NCBI GenBank assembly: GCA_035389045.1
Contig: DAOORA010000004.1
Coordinates: forward strand, 42,246 to 106,245
Reading direction: 5' to 3'
DNA from: Bacteroidales bacterium
GTDB lineage: Bacteria > Bacteroidota > Bacteroidia > Bacteroidales > CAIWKO01
DNA: 64,000 bases
The notes under the pieces are model-generated. The model made no database searches. It was given only the letters and a program-made list of their open reading frames with translations, and had not been told where the DNA came from. The position numbers and the translations under genes are program-made. This document shows, piece by piece, positions 27,587-37,150 of the stretch. How positions within the stretch are numbered: position 1 is the stretch's first letter; every line of letters begins with the position of its first letter.

Positions 27587-28396
27587 TTAGTATAATGATG
27601 GCCGTCTGTCTTTAATCACATCGTTATATTCATTGATCATTTTGTTATCGGCTGATTTTTCATTGATTACTATTACTGAGGCCCCTGTATCGGATACCGG
27701 TGCGCCTGACAGAATTTTACCATCAGGACTGGTGATCTGGCTCGCGCCGGTGAAGGTGAGATCATCTCCTCCCCTTTCTTCGTTACCGATGCGGTTAGCC
27801 GTCACAGCAAACACCCTGTTCTCTATACAGCGTGTCACCATAGCGCTCTGGCACCAGGGCATAACGAGGTTGGCCGGGTGAGCCAGTACCTGCATACCCT
27901 GCATGGCCAGCGTCCGGCATACTTCAGGGAACATCCAGTCAAAGCAAATCATAGTTCCTATCTTAACTCCATTGATATCATATACTTTAGGAGGCCGGTT
28001 TCCCCGGGCAAACCATAGCTTTTCTCTATCGAAAAGGTGTATCTTGCGATACGTGCCGATTACTTTGCTTCCGTATACCACCATCAGCGAATTGTATACG
28101 TCATAGCCATCGGTTTCTATGAATCCCCCGACCAAAACAGAATCTGTGATTTTCGAAAGTTCCATAAGAAAATCCGCGGTTAATCCGTGTCTTGTTTCGC
28201 TAAAACCGCGTACTTCTTTCTTTGAAATAAAGGAATATCCTGTAGAGAACAACTCCGGTAACACCAGAAGATCTGCTTTAACTCCATGAAGCAAATGCTT
28301 CACTTCTTCAAAATTTTTTTCCTTGTCCCCAAACACCGGAGACGTTTGTACATATCCTATTTTCAACTTTTCTGTTTTATTACTAAAAATCCACAA
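27587..28396 (-). CDS. Carbon-nitrogen hydrolase (nitrilase superfamily) protein
   Basis: Motifs LLVLPELFSTGY (catalytic Glu), YRKIHLF (Lys) and MICFDWMFPE (Cys). There is no ATG at the ORF 5' end; possible TTG starts at 28396 or 28366. Confidence 0.8.
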   Translation of the reverse strand: MWIFSNKTEKLKIGYVQTSPVFGDKEKNFEEVKHLLHGVKADLLVLPELFSTGYSFISKKEVRGFSETRHGLTADFLMELSKITDSVLVGGFIETDGYDVYNSLMVVYGSKVIGTYRKIHLFDREKLWFARGNRPPKVYDINGVKIGTMICFDWMFPEVCRTLAMQGMQVLAHPANLVMPWCQSAMVTRCIENRVFAVTANRIGNEERGGDDLTFTGASQITSPDGKILSGAPVSDTGASVIVINEKSADNKMINEYNDVIKDRRPSLY

Positions 28397-28410
28397 ACAC
28401 CAAAGTCAGT

Positions 28411-28725
28411 TTAATTGCCGGGAATGACGGGACCGGTCAACCTGGCTACATATCCCATTTTTTCAAGCGTTCCCGCAAGCTGTGACTGGTTCCCGATGAT
28501 GGTATCAAAAACAATGGTAACAACCTTTTTCTTTAAATGAGCTTTAACGTATAAGACACCGCTCTCCCTGGAAAGTTTATGTTCTATGGTGGCTTTGCCA
28601 TTTTTGCTTAATGTATCAAGCTGAAAATTAATTTCCTTACACGCCAGGTTTTTGTTCTTACAGCCCATTGAGAACACAATAACCAGCGTAAACAGACATA
28701 CCAAAATGATCGTCAGATTTTTCAT
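28411..28725 (-). CDS. Small lipoprotein with an HMA-like fold pattern but no CxxC
   Basis: 104 aa with lipobox ...VFSMGC. The body resembles a ferredoxin-like HMA domain (GVLYVKAHLKKKVVTIVFD...LEKMGY) without metal-binding cysteines. Confidence 0.35.
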   Translation of the reverse strand: MKNLTIILVCLFTLVIVFSMGCKNKNLACKEINFQLDTLSKNGKATIEHKLSRESGVLYVKAHLKKKVVTIVFDTIIGNQSQLAGTLEKMGYVARLTGPVIPGN

Positions 28726-28866
28726 AACTTGTATTATTTTGGAGTTGGTTCAGTAAAAATATAAATAAATTTTATAAATTATCAATAATATCCTGTAAGA
28801 AATACATATTTAACAATAAAATGCACTGAAATTAAAGCCTGCCTTAAAAAACTCAAATGTTCCGGC

Positions 28867-29772
28867 CTATTTCTGTTTCCGTTTCAGGTTATCAATTTCT
28901 TCCTTTTTCTCCGCTTCAAAAGCTTTCTTCCCGTCCCAGGTAACCTTTCTTCTATAAGTGACATCGCTTGTAATGACCATTTTGTCGTTGACAAAATCAT
29001 ATTCCACCTGACGTTCCTCAACAAATAATGTGTTGTTAACACCACCGTTGTCTTTTGGAAATATAAAGTTATAGGATACGTTGAAAACACCGGCTTCAGT
29101 AACCCTGGTTGCCCGGGCAAACTCGAGCAGGTCATTGCCTGTCCTGAAAAACAGAACATCCCCGTTGGCATAACCGCAGGCGCCATATTCAAAACCGACG
29201 GCAAATATTTTAGACACCCCTGTGAATCCGCTTTTATCTAAACGGATACCGGAAACACCATATTCAAATGCGTTGGAAGCGGCCATTTCGGTATATATAG
29301 GCTTAAAAACGAGCGAGTTAAGTATGGTGCCATCAGCAATTATTTTCGCTGTCATAAGAAAACCGTCCTCTTCCGTTCTTGAAGTTGGTGCACAGACAAA
29401 TAAAAGGTTTTCACCGTTTTCATAAAAGGGTATGCTGGCATAAGAGATTAGATTTCCCCACACATAACCCGTTTTATAGGTTCCATCTTTATAAAAACCA
29501 ACCTGATACCAGTTTGTTGAAATCCCATTCGATTCATAGGTTTTTTCCGAACCGGAAATAATGGTCATCGGTGTTCCGATGGGCAAATTGCATATTATTG
29601 ACGATTTGGGTGAATCAGCTTCTCTGATATTGACCTTATCTGCAAAAAGGTATACTTTCGCACCATCAGTAAATTTTCCGTAGAAAAAAACACAAGTATC
29701 CGCCTGTCCCGACAACATCAACGATCCCAAAAAGTTGAATGCAACAAATGTCATCAATTTCCTGAAATTCAT
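28867..29772 (-). CDS. Hypothetical secreted protein
   Basis: ORF trimmed to MNFRKLMTFVAFNFLGSLMLSGQ (signal peptide). The longer ORF version would overlap the divergent apbE start. Confidence 0.5.
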   Translation of the reverse strand: MNFRKLMTFVAFNFLGSLMLSGQADTCVFFYGKFTDGAKVYLFADKVNIREADSPKSSIICNLPIGTPMTIISGSEKTYESNGISTNWYQVGFYKDGTYKTGYVWGNLISYASIPFYENGENLLFVCAPTSRTEEDGFLMTAKIIADGTILNSLVFKPIYTEMAASNAFEYGVSGIRLDKSGFTGVSKIFAVGFEYGACGYANGDVLFFRTGNDLLEFARATRVTEAGVFNVSYNFIFPKDNGGVNNTLFVEERQVEYDFVNDKMVITSDVTYRRKVTWDGKKAFEAEKKEEIDNLKRKQK

Positions 29773-29875
29773 ATTTTTTTGTTCAAAGATAATGTAACCA
29801 TTAATAAAAATCAAGACAATTACCAAACAAACTTCATTTAATATTTTTTCTATAATTTCGTAAAAAATTGAAATA

Positions 29876-30886
29876 ATGAAAAATACAATTCTTTGGATTT
29901 GTTCTTTGCTGATCATTGCTGCATCATGCAATCCTGCTCATAAAAAGCATCTGGTAACTTATAAAGGTACGGTGCAGGGGTCCTATTTCCAGATTAAGTA
30001 TTATGCGGGGCTGGACAGTAATATCATAAAAAACGGAATAGATTCCCTTTTTACAATCATTGACCATACTGCATCGGTATTCGACAGCAATTCAATCATT
30101 TCAAAGGTTAACAATAATATGGAAATCCGGCTCAACGATCATTTTATGGAACTGTTCAACAGGTCACAGGATGTTTCGGCAGCCACCGGAGGTTGTTTTG
30201 ATATCACGGTGGGTCCCCTGGTAAAAGCATGGGGATTCTGGAAGAAAAAAGGTCTGGACCTAAATCAGAAACAGGTGGATAGCATACTGGCCTTTGTGGG
30301 TTATCACAAAGTACGACTGGTAAATACCGATAAAGGAAGAAAACTGCTAAAGGAACATCCCGAGACCATGCTTGATTTTAATGCCATTGCGCAGGGTTAT
30401 ACCGTTGATGTGGTGGCTGATTATTTTAAGGGAAAAGCATTGAACGATTACCTGATAGAAATCGGCGGGGAAGTAAGGGCTTCCGGCATAAAAGAAGGCA
30501 GTGCCAACTGGGTGGTGGGTATTGAAAAACCCGCCGGCAACAGCGATGCCGCACAGGTCATTCAGGAAAAGGTTGAATTAAAAAACAAGTCATTGGCTAC
30601 TTCAGGAAGTTCCCGGAAATATTTCATAAAAGACGGTATAAAATATTCGCATACCATTGATCCGTCAACCGGTTACCCGGTGCAACACTCCCTGCTGAGC
30701 GTGACAGTTATGGCTGACGACTGCACTGCTGCCGATGCATATGCTACAGCCTTTATGGTGATGGGCATGGAAAAAGCCAGAGATTTTTTAAAATTACATC
30801 CCGGTATGGAGGCCTATTTCATATACTCCGACAGCGCCGGAAATCTGTTACATTACAAAACGGCCAATTTCATTACCTCAAAATAA
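29876..30886 (+). CDS. apbE: FAD:protein FMN transferase (ApbE family) lipoprotein
   Basis: Lipobox LLIIAASC. Motifs FDITVGPLVKAWGF, DFNAIAQGYTVD and YSHTIDPSTGYP. Confidence 0.85.
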   Translation: MKNTILWICSLLIIAASCNPAHKKHLVTYKGTVQGSYFQIKYYAGLDSNIIKNGIDSLFTIIDHTASVFDSNSIISKVNNNMEIRLNDHFMELFNRSQDVSAATGGCFDITVGPLVKAWGFWKKKGLDLNQKQVDSILAFVGYHKVRLVNTDKGRKLLKEHPETMLDFNAIAQGYTVDVVADYFKGKALNDYLIEIGGEVRASGIKEGSANWVVGIEKPAGNSDAAQVIQEKVELKNKSLATSGSSRKYFIKDGIKYSHTIDPSTGYPVQHSLLSVTVMADDCTAADAYATAFMVMGMEKARDFLKLHPGMEAYFIYSDSAGNLLHYKTANFITSK

Positions 30887-30959
30887 TATTAAAATATCAA
30901 CAATAATTGAAAAATATCACGCTGCGACCAATCATCAGTAGGTACTTTTCTGAAGTCTT

Positions 30960-33900
30960 TTACCGCACCAGGGTAAGATTTCCTTTCTTCCTGATTTCAG
31001 AACCATCATTCATGGTTATAACTACATGATAAACAAAGACATCTGATGGCATTTCCTTTCCTTTAAAAGTCCCATCCCACCCGATGGTGGCATCATCTGT
31101 TTCAAATATCTTTTCTCCCCAGCGATCATATATCATCAGATGCATTTCGCTGATCTGCTGTCCGCGTATATAAAAGACATCATTGTGGTTGTCGCCGTTC
31201 GGAGAGAAAATGTTTGGGATATAAAGCACGGGGTCAATACAGTCATCAACAACATTAAAGTCAATCGTGCCTGTCCGGGTACAGCTTTTTGAATCGGTAA
31301 CGGTAACACTGTATACGCCGTTGGTGAGGCTGGACAGTTGCGGATCGTTTTCACCCGAACTCCATAAATATTGATATGGTGGGGTACCTCCGCTTATCAC
31401 AGGGGTAATTGTTCCGTTGTTTAGCCCCGGACAAGAGGGCAATTCATGGTTCATTTCAATAACAGGAAGCGGATTTACCGTGATCGTATACGAAGATGGC
31501 GTCCCGGTACAACTGTTTGCCGATGGAGTAACGGTAATGGTAGCTAAAACAGCCGTAGCGCCGTTATTGGACGCTGTAAACGAAGGCACGTAATCCGTAC
31601 CGCTTGTTGTAAGTCCTACAGCGGTATTGGAGTTTACCCAGGTAAACGTAGCCCCGGAGGTCGGGCTGGTAAATGCGGTCTGTGAAATAGGTTCACCGCT
31701 GCAAACGCTGAGATCGGCAGGAAGGATAACTGTAGGTGTGGGATGAACCGTAATAGAGAATGCCGATACTGCGCCAGTACAATTGTTGGCCGTAGGTGTT
31801 ACCGTGATTGTGGACATGATGGGAGCATAACCGGTATTTACAGCCGAAAAAGCCGCAATATCGCCTGTACCGCTTGCTCCAAGGCCGACTGCAGTATTGG
31901 AATTGGTCCAGCTGTATGTTGTCCCTGTGGTTGGGCTTGAAAAAGCAGCTCCCGAAACAGTAGCGCCGTCACACATGGTTAGGTTGGAAGGAACAACTAC
32001 AGTGGGTGTCGGATTCACGATGATGGTATATGTGGAAGGCGTTCCAGAACAGCCGTTTAGCACTGGTGTCAAAGTAATTGTTGCCGATACGGCGCCGGTT
32101 CCGGTATTTACAGCCGTAAAAGCAGCTATATCACCTGTTCCGCTGCTTCCCAGGCCGATAGTTGTATTGGTGTTGGTCCAGGCAAAAGTGCCTCCAGCCG
32201 GATTGCTGACAAACTGGGTCGCCGGAACAGTGCCGTTATTACAAACCACAACATTTGCAGGTACCACAGCAACCGGCACCGGCCTGATGGTAATACCGGA
32301 CGTTGCGCTGCCTGCAGGACAACCACCGGAAGCCGCAATGCTGTTAGTTACCGTATAGGTCCCCGCCGTACTGGCTGACAGATCAACCTGTCCCGTTGAA
32401 GAACTGACAAAGACCAGCCCGGACGGGATAGCGCTGAAGGTTCCTGCAGAAGCGCCCGGTGCAAGTACAGGCAAAGGATCTGCTGCATCCTGGCAATAAG
32501 GCCCGGCATAACTAAATACCGCCGAAGGCGCCACAATTATTGATACGGTATCCGTACCGGATGCTGGACACAAACCACTGGTATTAAATGTAATAACGTA
32601 TGTATTTATGGAACTTGCACTGAGATCAATCAGACCTGTTGAAGAATTGAGGAAAACCAAACCGGAAGGTGATGCGCTGAATACACCGGCGGCGCCACCC
32701 GTTATGTTGGCAGCAGGATCGCTGCCTGACTGGCAAAAAACGGAGGATGAATAAGTAAAGGCCGGATTATCCGTGGGATTCACGGTAATGGTAAATGATG
32801 ATGGTGTCCCCGCACAACTGTTGGCTGAGGGTGTCACAACAATAGCAGCCAGGACAGGCACAGAACCGGTATTTACAGCCGTGAAACCCGGGATATTACC
32901 TGTTCCGTTCGCTGCGAGGCCAATAGCCGTATTCGAATTTGTCCAGGTGTATGCTGTACCGGGTGTTGGACTGGTGAATACAGTCCCCGTAAGGGCTGTA
33001 CCGTTACAGACTGTGATATTTGAAGGCACATTGACTGTGGGTATAGGGTTGACAGTGATGATGTAGTCAGAAGGGATGCCTGTACAACTGTTGGCCTCAG
33101 GTAACACGGTGATGGTGGCCGATATGGGGGTAGTACCCGTGTTTAAAGCAGTGAAAGACGGAATATTACCGCTACCGCTGCCTGCAAGGCCAATGGCAGT
33201 GTTGGTATTCGTCCATGTGAACGTAGCACCGGTTGTAGGGCTCGAAAAAGTGGTTCCCGTGATACTATTTCCGTTACAAACAGTAATACCGGACGGAACA
33301 TTGACCACTGGTAAAGGATTTACCGTGATGGTGTATGTCGAAACAACACCGGGACAATTATTGGCAGAAGGAGTCACCGTAACCGTGGCTGTAACCGGAT
33401 TAAAACCGGTATTGGAAGCTGTAAAGGCAGGAATATTACCGGTGCCGCCTGCCGCAAGTCCGATGGAAGTATTCGAATTGGTCCATGAAAAGACAGTTCC
33501 CGGCGTGGGGCTGGAAAAGCTGGTCATGGCTATTGTTGCGCCATGACATACCGAGATGTTGGCAGGAACCGTCACCACAGGTTCAGGATTAACCGTAATC
33601 AGGTAAGTCGAAGGTGCACCTGGACAACCGTTTGCCGAAGGCGTTACCGTGATAGTGCCCGATATCGGAGCTGTGCCGGTATTCGAAGCGGTAAAAGCCG
33701 GCAAATTCCCGGTTCCGCCCGAACCCAGACCAATAAGTGTGTTTGAGTTGGTCCATGTAAAAGTCGTGCCCGGAGTTGGGCTGGAAAATGTTGTCCCTGA
33801 AAAAGCAGCGTTGTTGCACAAAGCAACATCGGCCGGGACCGTCACAGCAGGAATTGGATTGACTGTGATGGTATACGAAGAAATTATGCCGGGGCAATTG

Positions 33901-36900
33901 TTAGCGGCTGGTGTCACTTCAATAGTTGCAGTCTGCGGAAGTGCTCCGGTGTTTATGGCCGTGAATGACGCAATATTGCCGGTGCCGGCAACAGCCAGGC
34001 CAATGGAAGTATTGGTATTTGTCCAGGTATAAGTAGTTCCCGCTGTAGGGCCGGAGAAAACTGTTCCTGAAACAGTCGCGCCGTGGCAAACCGTCAGGTT
34101 GGCCGGAACAACCACAGTGGGCGTAGGATTAACAGTAATGGTATAGCCCGAAGCGGTTCCGGCACAGCTATTGGCAGATGGCGTCACCGTTATGGTCGAT
34201 GTCACAGGCGAGATACCAGTATTGACAGCAGTAAATCCCGCAATGTTACCTGTTCCGGATGCAGCCAGTCCTATGCTTGTGTTAGAATTTGTCCAGGAAA
34301 AGGTGGTGCCGGAAGTCGGGCTGGTAAATGCGGTAGCTGTAACGGCAGTTCCGTTACAAACCGCGAAATCCGACGGGACATTGACCGCAGGCGTTGGATT
34401 AACAGTGATGGTATACGTTGAAGGTATACCAGCACAGTTATTAGCGGTCGGGGTCACAGAAACAACAGCACTTATCGGCGCTGTACCGGTATTGACTGCA
34501 GTAAACGCTGCAATATTCCCCGTTCCGTTTGCTGCCAAACCTATAGCAGGGTTTGAACAGGTCCATGTATAGGTAGCTCCGGTGGTAGGGCTGGTAAAAC
34601 CTGTATCCGGAATAGTGGTTCCGTTACACACCGTAATGTTGGCAGGTACGGTGACCAGAGGCGTAGGGTTAACTGTTATAATGCATGTTAATGGTGGTCC
34701 CTGGCAGTTATTCAAAGTCGGTGTTACGGTAATAGATACGCTGACCGGATTAGTCCCGGTATTGACAGCTGTGAATGATGGAATATTGCCTGTCCCACCG
34801 GCTCCCAGGCCGATGGCAGTGTTTGGATTTGTCCAGGTGTATGTGCTTCCCGCCGGAACGCTGACAAAGTTGGTGGCAGGAACAACTTCATTATTACAGA
34901 CATGATTGATACAGACCGGAACGATCGTAGGTATGGGATTCACGGTGACCCTGACCGTATCCACACCGGTACAATAATTACCGGCATTGGTCATGGTTAC
35001 GGTATAAGTCGTGGTGGTAGTAGCTGAACAAACCGGGTTAGAAACTCCTGAATTGTTCAGCCCGGCAGAAGGCGACCACGAATAGGTACCTCCGGCGCCC
35101 CCCCAGGAGGCCTGCAATTGAACACTGTTTCCCGAGCACAGGCTGACATTGTTGCCGGCATCAGGAACAAAAGGATAAACGGTCAGGGTATAAGGTACGC
35201 GGTATGTTCCGGGACATGTTCCAAAGTAGTAGGTAGCTGACGACTGGGGATTACTGAGTGTCAGGGATGTGGTGTTGGATAACTGGTTCCCTCCAATTTC
35301 CGCATCATACCATCCGTAAGTGGTGCCCGGATGCACAGTGCCGCTCAATGTTGCTGTGATGGTCACCGGCTGCCCCTGGCAGGCATAGACCGGGGAAATA
35401 CTTATAGAAAAATTGGTTACAACCGCATTATTAATTCCCGGGCCGCCTTTGGTAGCGCCGTTTGGAGGAAATCCTTCCACGCCCCAGTGCGAAGCTTCGG
35501 TATAGGCGCCTCCGATTGTTGATGTGCCGTTCTGCCCGCCGCTGACCATCCGTGTTATGGTTCCACCGGAAATTGCTATGTAGCCGCCGCCGCCGCCGCC
35601 GCCAGGCCCTTCGGCTTCCTCATTGGAAATATTTAAAAATCCTGCTTTCTTTATCTGATCGCCCCCTTTGCCACCGTTAGCTGTGGCTGAGACGCCTGTA
35701 ATTGTGGAGATGGCATTAAGCACGACCGCACCGCCACCGCCGCCGCCGCCGGCACCATCAATACCGGTAACATCGTTGGACGCAATTCCCGGGTCAGCGC
35801 CCTCGGAATTACCTCCGGGGTTGCCGTTGGCCACAAACGTACCCGTTCCGGAAATACTTCCATATGACATAACGTAAATGATGCCGCCGCCATTACCGCC
35901 TGCTCCGCCATACGTATCGTTCTGATGGCCGCCGCCGCCGCCGCCGCCAAGATACATGCGCGGGTAACCGCCTTCGTTGGCTATGAGCGGCCAGCCGCCA
36001 AAACCACCGATATTATCCCTTCGTTGCCCGACTCCGCCCCATGAATAATTTCCGGGACCTTCCACCAATGGGTTTTGTTTGGTAGAAGAAAACGAATATC
36101 CTCCCCTGCCGCCGCCATAAGAAGCGTTCTTATGAAAAACCGTATAGCCCGGAATCGTCAGCAAAGGAGGGTTTTCCAGGTCCCAGGCTGTTTTATAGCT
36201 GGCATCGGTGGTCGTATCCGGAAAGCCGCAACCATTATAATTCAGGTTGCTGCTCACATTGGACCCACCGCCACCGCCGGAATTATGCGAATTGCCGCCG
36301 CCGCCGCCATTGGCTGGCGCACCCTTGCAATTATAACCCGTCCACACAACACCATTTTCTGCAATACCCTCTCCTTTCTGCCCTCCATAATTAACATCGA
36401 GACTGGCATAATGATACAAAACCAGAGGCGGGTTAGCATACTGAGGTGAAGTGATGCCACCCCGGAAACCCTTACCGCTAACATTCACAGTGCCATTATT
36501 GATAACATTTCCCATGCTTTCGACCACAAGAACACCGCCGGTAGTGCCATTCCACGGATCACAGGTCAGTTCTCCCCCCGTATTTATGGTCATAAAAGAA
36601 TAACGTGGTACGCGTATCACCTGTGCCTCATATTCAGTATAGCTTTGTGACAACCCACACGTCAATGTAATGATATTATTATATGAAACAGACTGAACCT
36701 GGGCAAACTCATATTTTCCGCAATTGTAATAATTCGTGATATAACCGTATCCCTCATAATATTCAGCATATTGTATGCTGGCCCCCTGCATCTGTATTAT
36801 AAAAATCAGGTCACCCGGGCCGAGCGGCTGGGTTAAACTTGCGTTGGTCATAACATTGCTTGCCACACTGATGGAAGTAATTCCCGCAGGCGCATCATCA

Positions 36901-37034
36901 GTGAGCGGTGAGTATGCATTTACCACCACTCCCGTTGTTGAAATAATTTTTGGCCCGTTTTTACCACGTTGTGGAAATGTTGCTGAAGAAAAACAAACGA
37001 AAAATATTAAAAAGGAAACAATGAATTTTTTCAT
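30960..37034 (-). CDS. Giant T9SS-secreted adhesin-like protein: Gly-rich N-terminal region, eleven ~90-aa PKD/Ig-like modules, a SprB-type repeat and a type B (gliding-motility-associated) C-terminal domain
   Basis: Start set at MKKFIVSFLIFFVCFSSATF (37034) because the -7 box sits at 37062..37069. C-terminus IPNIFSPNGDNHNDVFYIRG...GWDGTFKGKEMPSDVFVYHV...LTLVR matches the CHU_C/TIGR04131 type. SprB-like repeat CPGLNNGTITPVISGGTPPYQYLW. Confidence 0.85.
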   Translation of the reverse strand: MKKFIVSFLIFFVCFSSATFPQRGKNGPKIISTTGVVVNAYSPLTDDAPAGITSISVASNVMTNASLTQPLGPGDLIFIIQMQGASIQYAEYYEGYGYITNYYNCGKYEFAQVQSVSYNNIITLTCGLSQSYTEYEAQVIRVPRYSFMTINTGGELTCDPWNGTTGGVLVVESMGNVINNGTVNVSGKGFRGGITSPQYANPPLVLYHYASLDVNYGGQKGEGIAENGVVWTGYNCKGAPANGGGGGNSHNSGGGGGSNVSSNLNYNGCGFPDTTTDASYKTAWDLENPPLLTIPGYTVFHKNASYGGGRGGYSFSSTKQNPLVEGPGNYSWGGVGQRRDNIGGFGGWPLIANEGGYPRMYLGGGGGGGHQNDTYGGAGGNGGGIIYVMSYGSISGTGTFVANGNPGGNSEGADPGIASNDVTGIDGAGGGGGGGAVVLNAISTITGVSATANGGKGGDQIKKAGFLNISNEEAEGPGGGGGGGYIAISGGTITRMVSGGQNGTSTIGGAYTEASHWGVEGFPPNGATKGGPGINNAVVTNFSISISPVYACQGQPVTITATLSGTVHPGTTYGWYDAEIGGNQLSNTTSLTLSNPQSSATYYFGTCPGTYRVPYTLTVYPFVPDAGNNVSLCSGNSVQLQASWGGAGGTYSWSPSAGLNNSGVSNPVCSATTTTTYTVTMTNAGNYCTGVDTVRVTVNPIPTIVPVCINHVCNNEVVPATNFVSVPAGSTYTWTNPNTAIGLGAGGTGNIPSFTAVNTGTNPVSVSITVTPTLNNCQGPPLTCIITVNPTPLVTVPANITVCNGTTIPDTGFTSPTTGATYTWTCSNPAIGLAANGTGNIAAFTAVNTGTAPISAVVSVTPTANNCAGIPSTYTITVNPTPAVNVPSDFAVCNGTAVTATAFTSPTSGTTFSWTNSNTSIGLAASGTGNIAGFTAVNTGISPVTSTITVTPSANSCAGTASGYTITVNPTPTVVVPANLTVCHGATVSGTVFSGPTAGTTYTWTNTNTSIGLAVAGTGNIASFTAINTGALPQTATIEVTPAANNCPGIISSYTITVNPIPAVTVPADVALCNNAAFSGTTFSSPTPGTTFTWTNSNTLIGLGSGGTGNLPAFTASNTGTAPISGTITVTPSANGCPGAPSTYLITVNPEPVVTVPANISVCHGATIAMTSFSSPTPGTVFSWTNSNTSIGLAAGGTGNIPAFTASNTGFNPVTATVTVTPSANNCPGVVSTYTITVNPLPVVNVPSGITVCNGNSITGTTFSSPTTGATFTWTNTNTAIGLAGSGSGNIPSFTALNTGTTPISATITVLPEANSCTGIPSDYIITVNPIPTVNVPSNITVCNGTALTGTVFTSPTPGTAYTWTNSNTAIGLAANGTGNIPGFTAVNTGSVPVLAAIVVTPSANSCAGTPSSFTITVNPTDNPAFTYSSSVFCQSGSDPAANITGGAAGVFSASPSGLVFLNSSTGLIDLSASSINTYVITFNTSGLCPASGTDTVSIIVAPSAVFSYAGPYCQDAADPLPVLAPGASAGTFSAIPSGLVFVSSSTGQVDLSASTAGTYTVTNSIAASGGCPAGSATSGITIRPVPVAVVPANVVVCNNGTVPATQFVSNPAGGTFAWTNTNTTIGLGSSGTGDIAAFTAVNTGTGAVSATITLTPVLNGCSGTPSTYTIIVNPTPTVVVPSNLTMCDGATVSGAAFSSPTTGTTYSWTNSNTAVGLGASGTGDIAAFSAVNTGYAPIMSTITVTPTANNCTGAVSAFSITVHPTPTVILPADLSVCSGEPISQTAFTSPTSGATFTWVNSNTAVGLTTSGTDYVPSFTASNNGATAVLATITVTPSANSCTGTPSSYTITVNPLPVIEMNHELPSCPGLNNGTITPVISGGTPPYQYLWSSGENDPQLSSLTNGVYSVTVTDSKSCTRTGTIDFNVVDDCIDPVLYIPNIFSPNGDNHNDVFYIRGQQISEMHLMIYDRWGEKIFETDDATIGWDGTFKGKEMPSDVFVYHVVITMNDGSEIRKKGNLTLVR
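31483..32286 (-). repeat. Tandem coding repeat block 2: three 88-90-aa modules
   Basis: Module consensus TVNPTPxVxVPxxxxVCxGxxxxxxxFxSPTxGxTxxWTNSNTxIGLxxxGTGxIxxFTAxNTGxxPxxxxIxVTPxANxCxGxPSxYTI. Confidence 0.9.
32787..34946 (-). repeat. Tandem coding repeat block 1: eight consecutive 90-aa (270-bp) modules
   Basis: Exact 270-bp register. The TVNP codons recur from 34946 down to 32787. Confidence 0.9.
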
Positions 37035-37061
37035 GAAATATTGGTTAAATTTAACTACGTA

Positions 37062-37069
37062 CAAATTTA
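37062..37069 (-). promoter_or_regulatory. -7 promoter box (TAAATTTG on the minus strand) for the giant adhesin gene
   Basis: Plus strand reads CAAATTTA, 28 nt upstream of the ATG at 37034. Confidence 0.45.
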
Positions 37070-37150
37070 TACAATTCTTTGCTTTCAGGAAAATATTCCC
37101 AAAAAAAGAGTTTTTTTTCAGGTCAGAATTTTTTTTTAATTTTACCTGTC

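Noticed and set aside
31743-36449. About twenty 60-156-aa plus-strand ORFs, and out-of-frame minus-strand ORFs, inside the giant adhesin gene.
   Set aside because: They are artefacts of GC-rich, stop-poor repetitive coding sequence. The single 6-kb minus-strand frame, with its signal peptide, repeats and T9SS C-terminal domain, explains the region.
37035-37064. Longer start (MYVVKFNQYF...) for the giant adhesin; similar long starts exist for the porin (3364), WG-repeat (57423), DUF2851 (45261), DUF2807 (37079) and membrane protein (37812) ORFs.
   Set aside because: In each case an internal Met gives a canonical signal peptide, lipobox or family N-terminus. In several cases a -7 promoter box falls inside the proposed extension.
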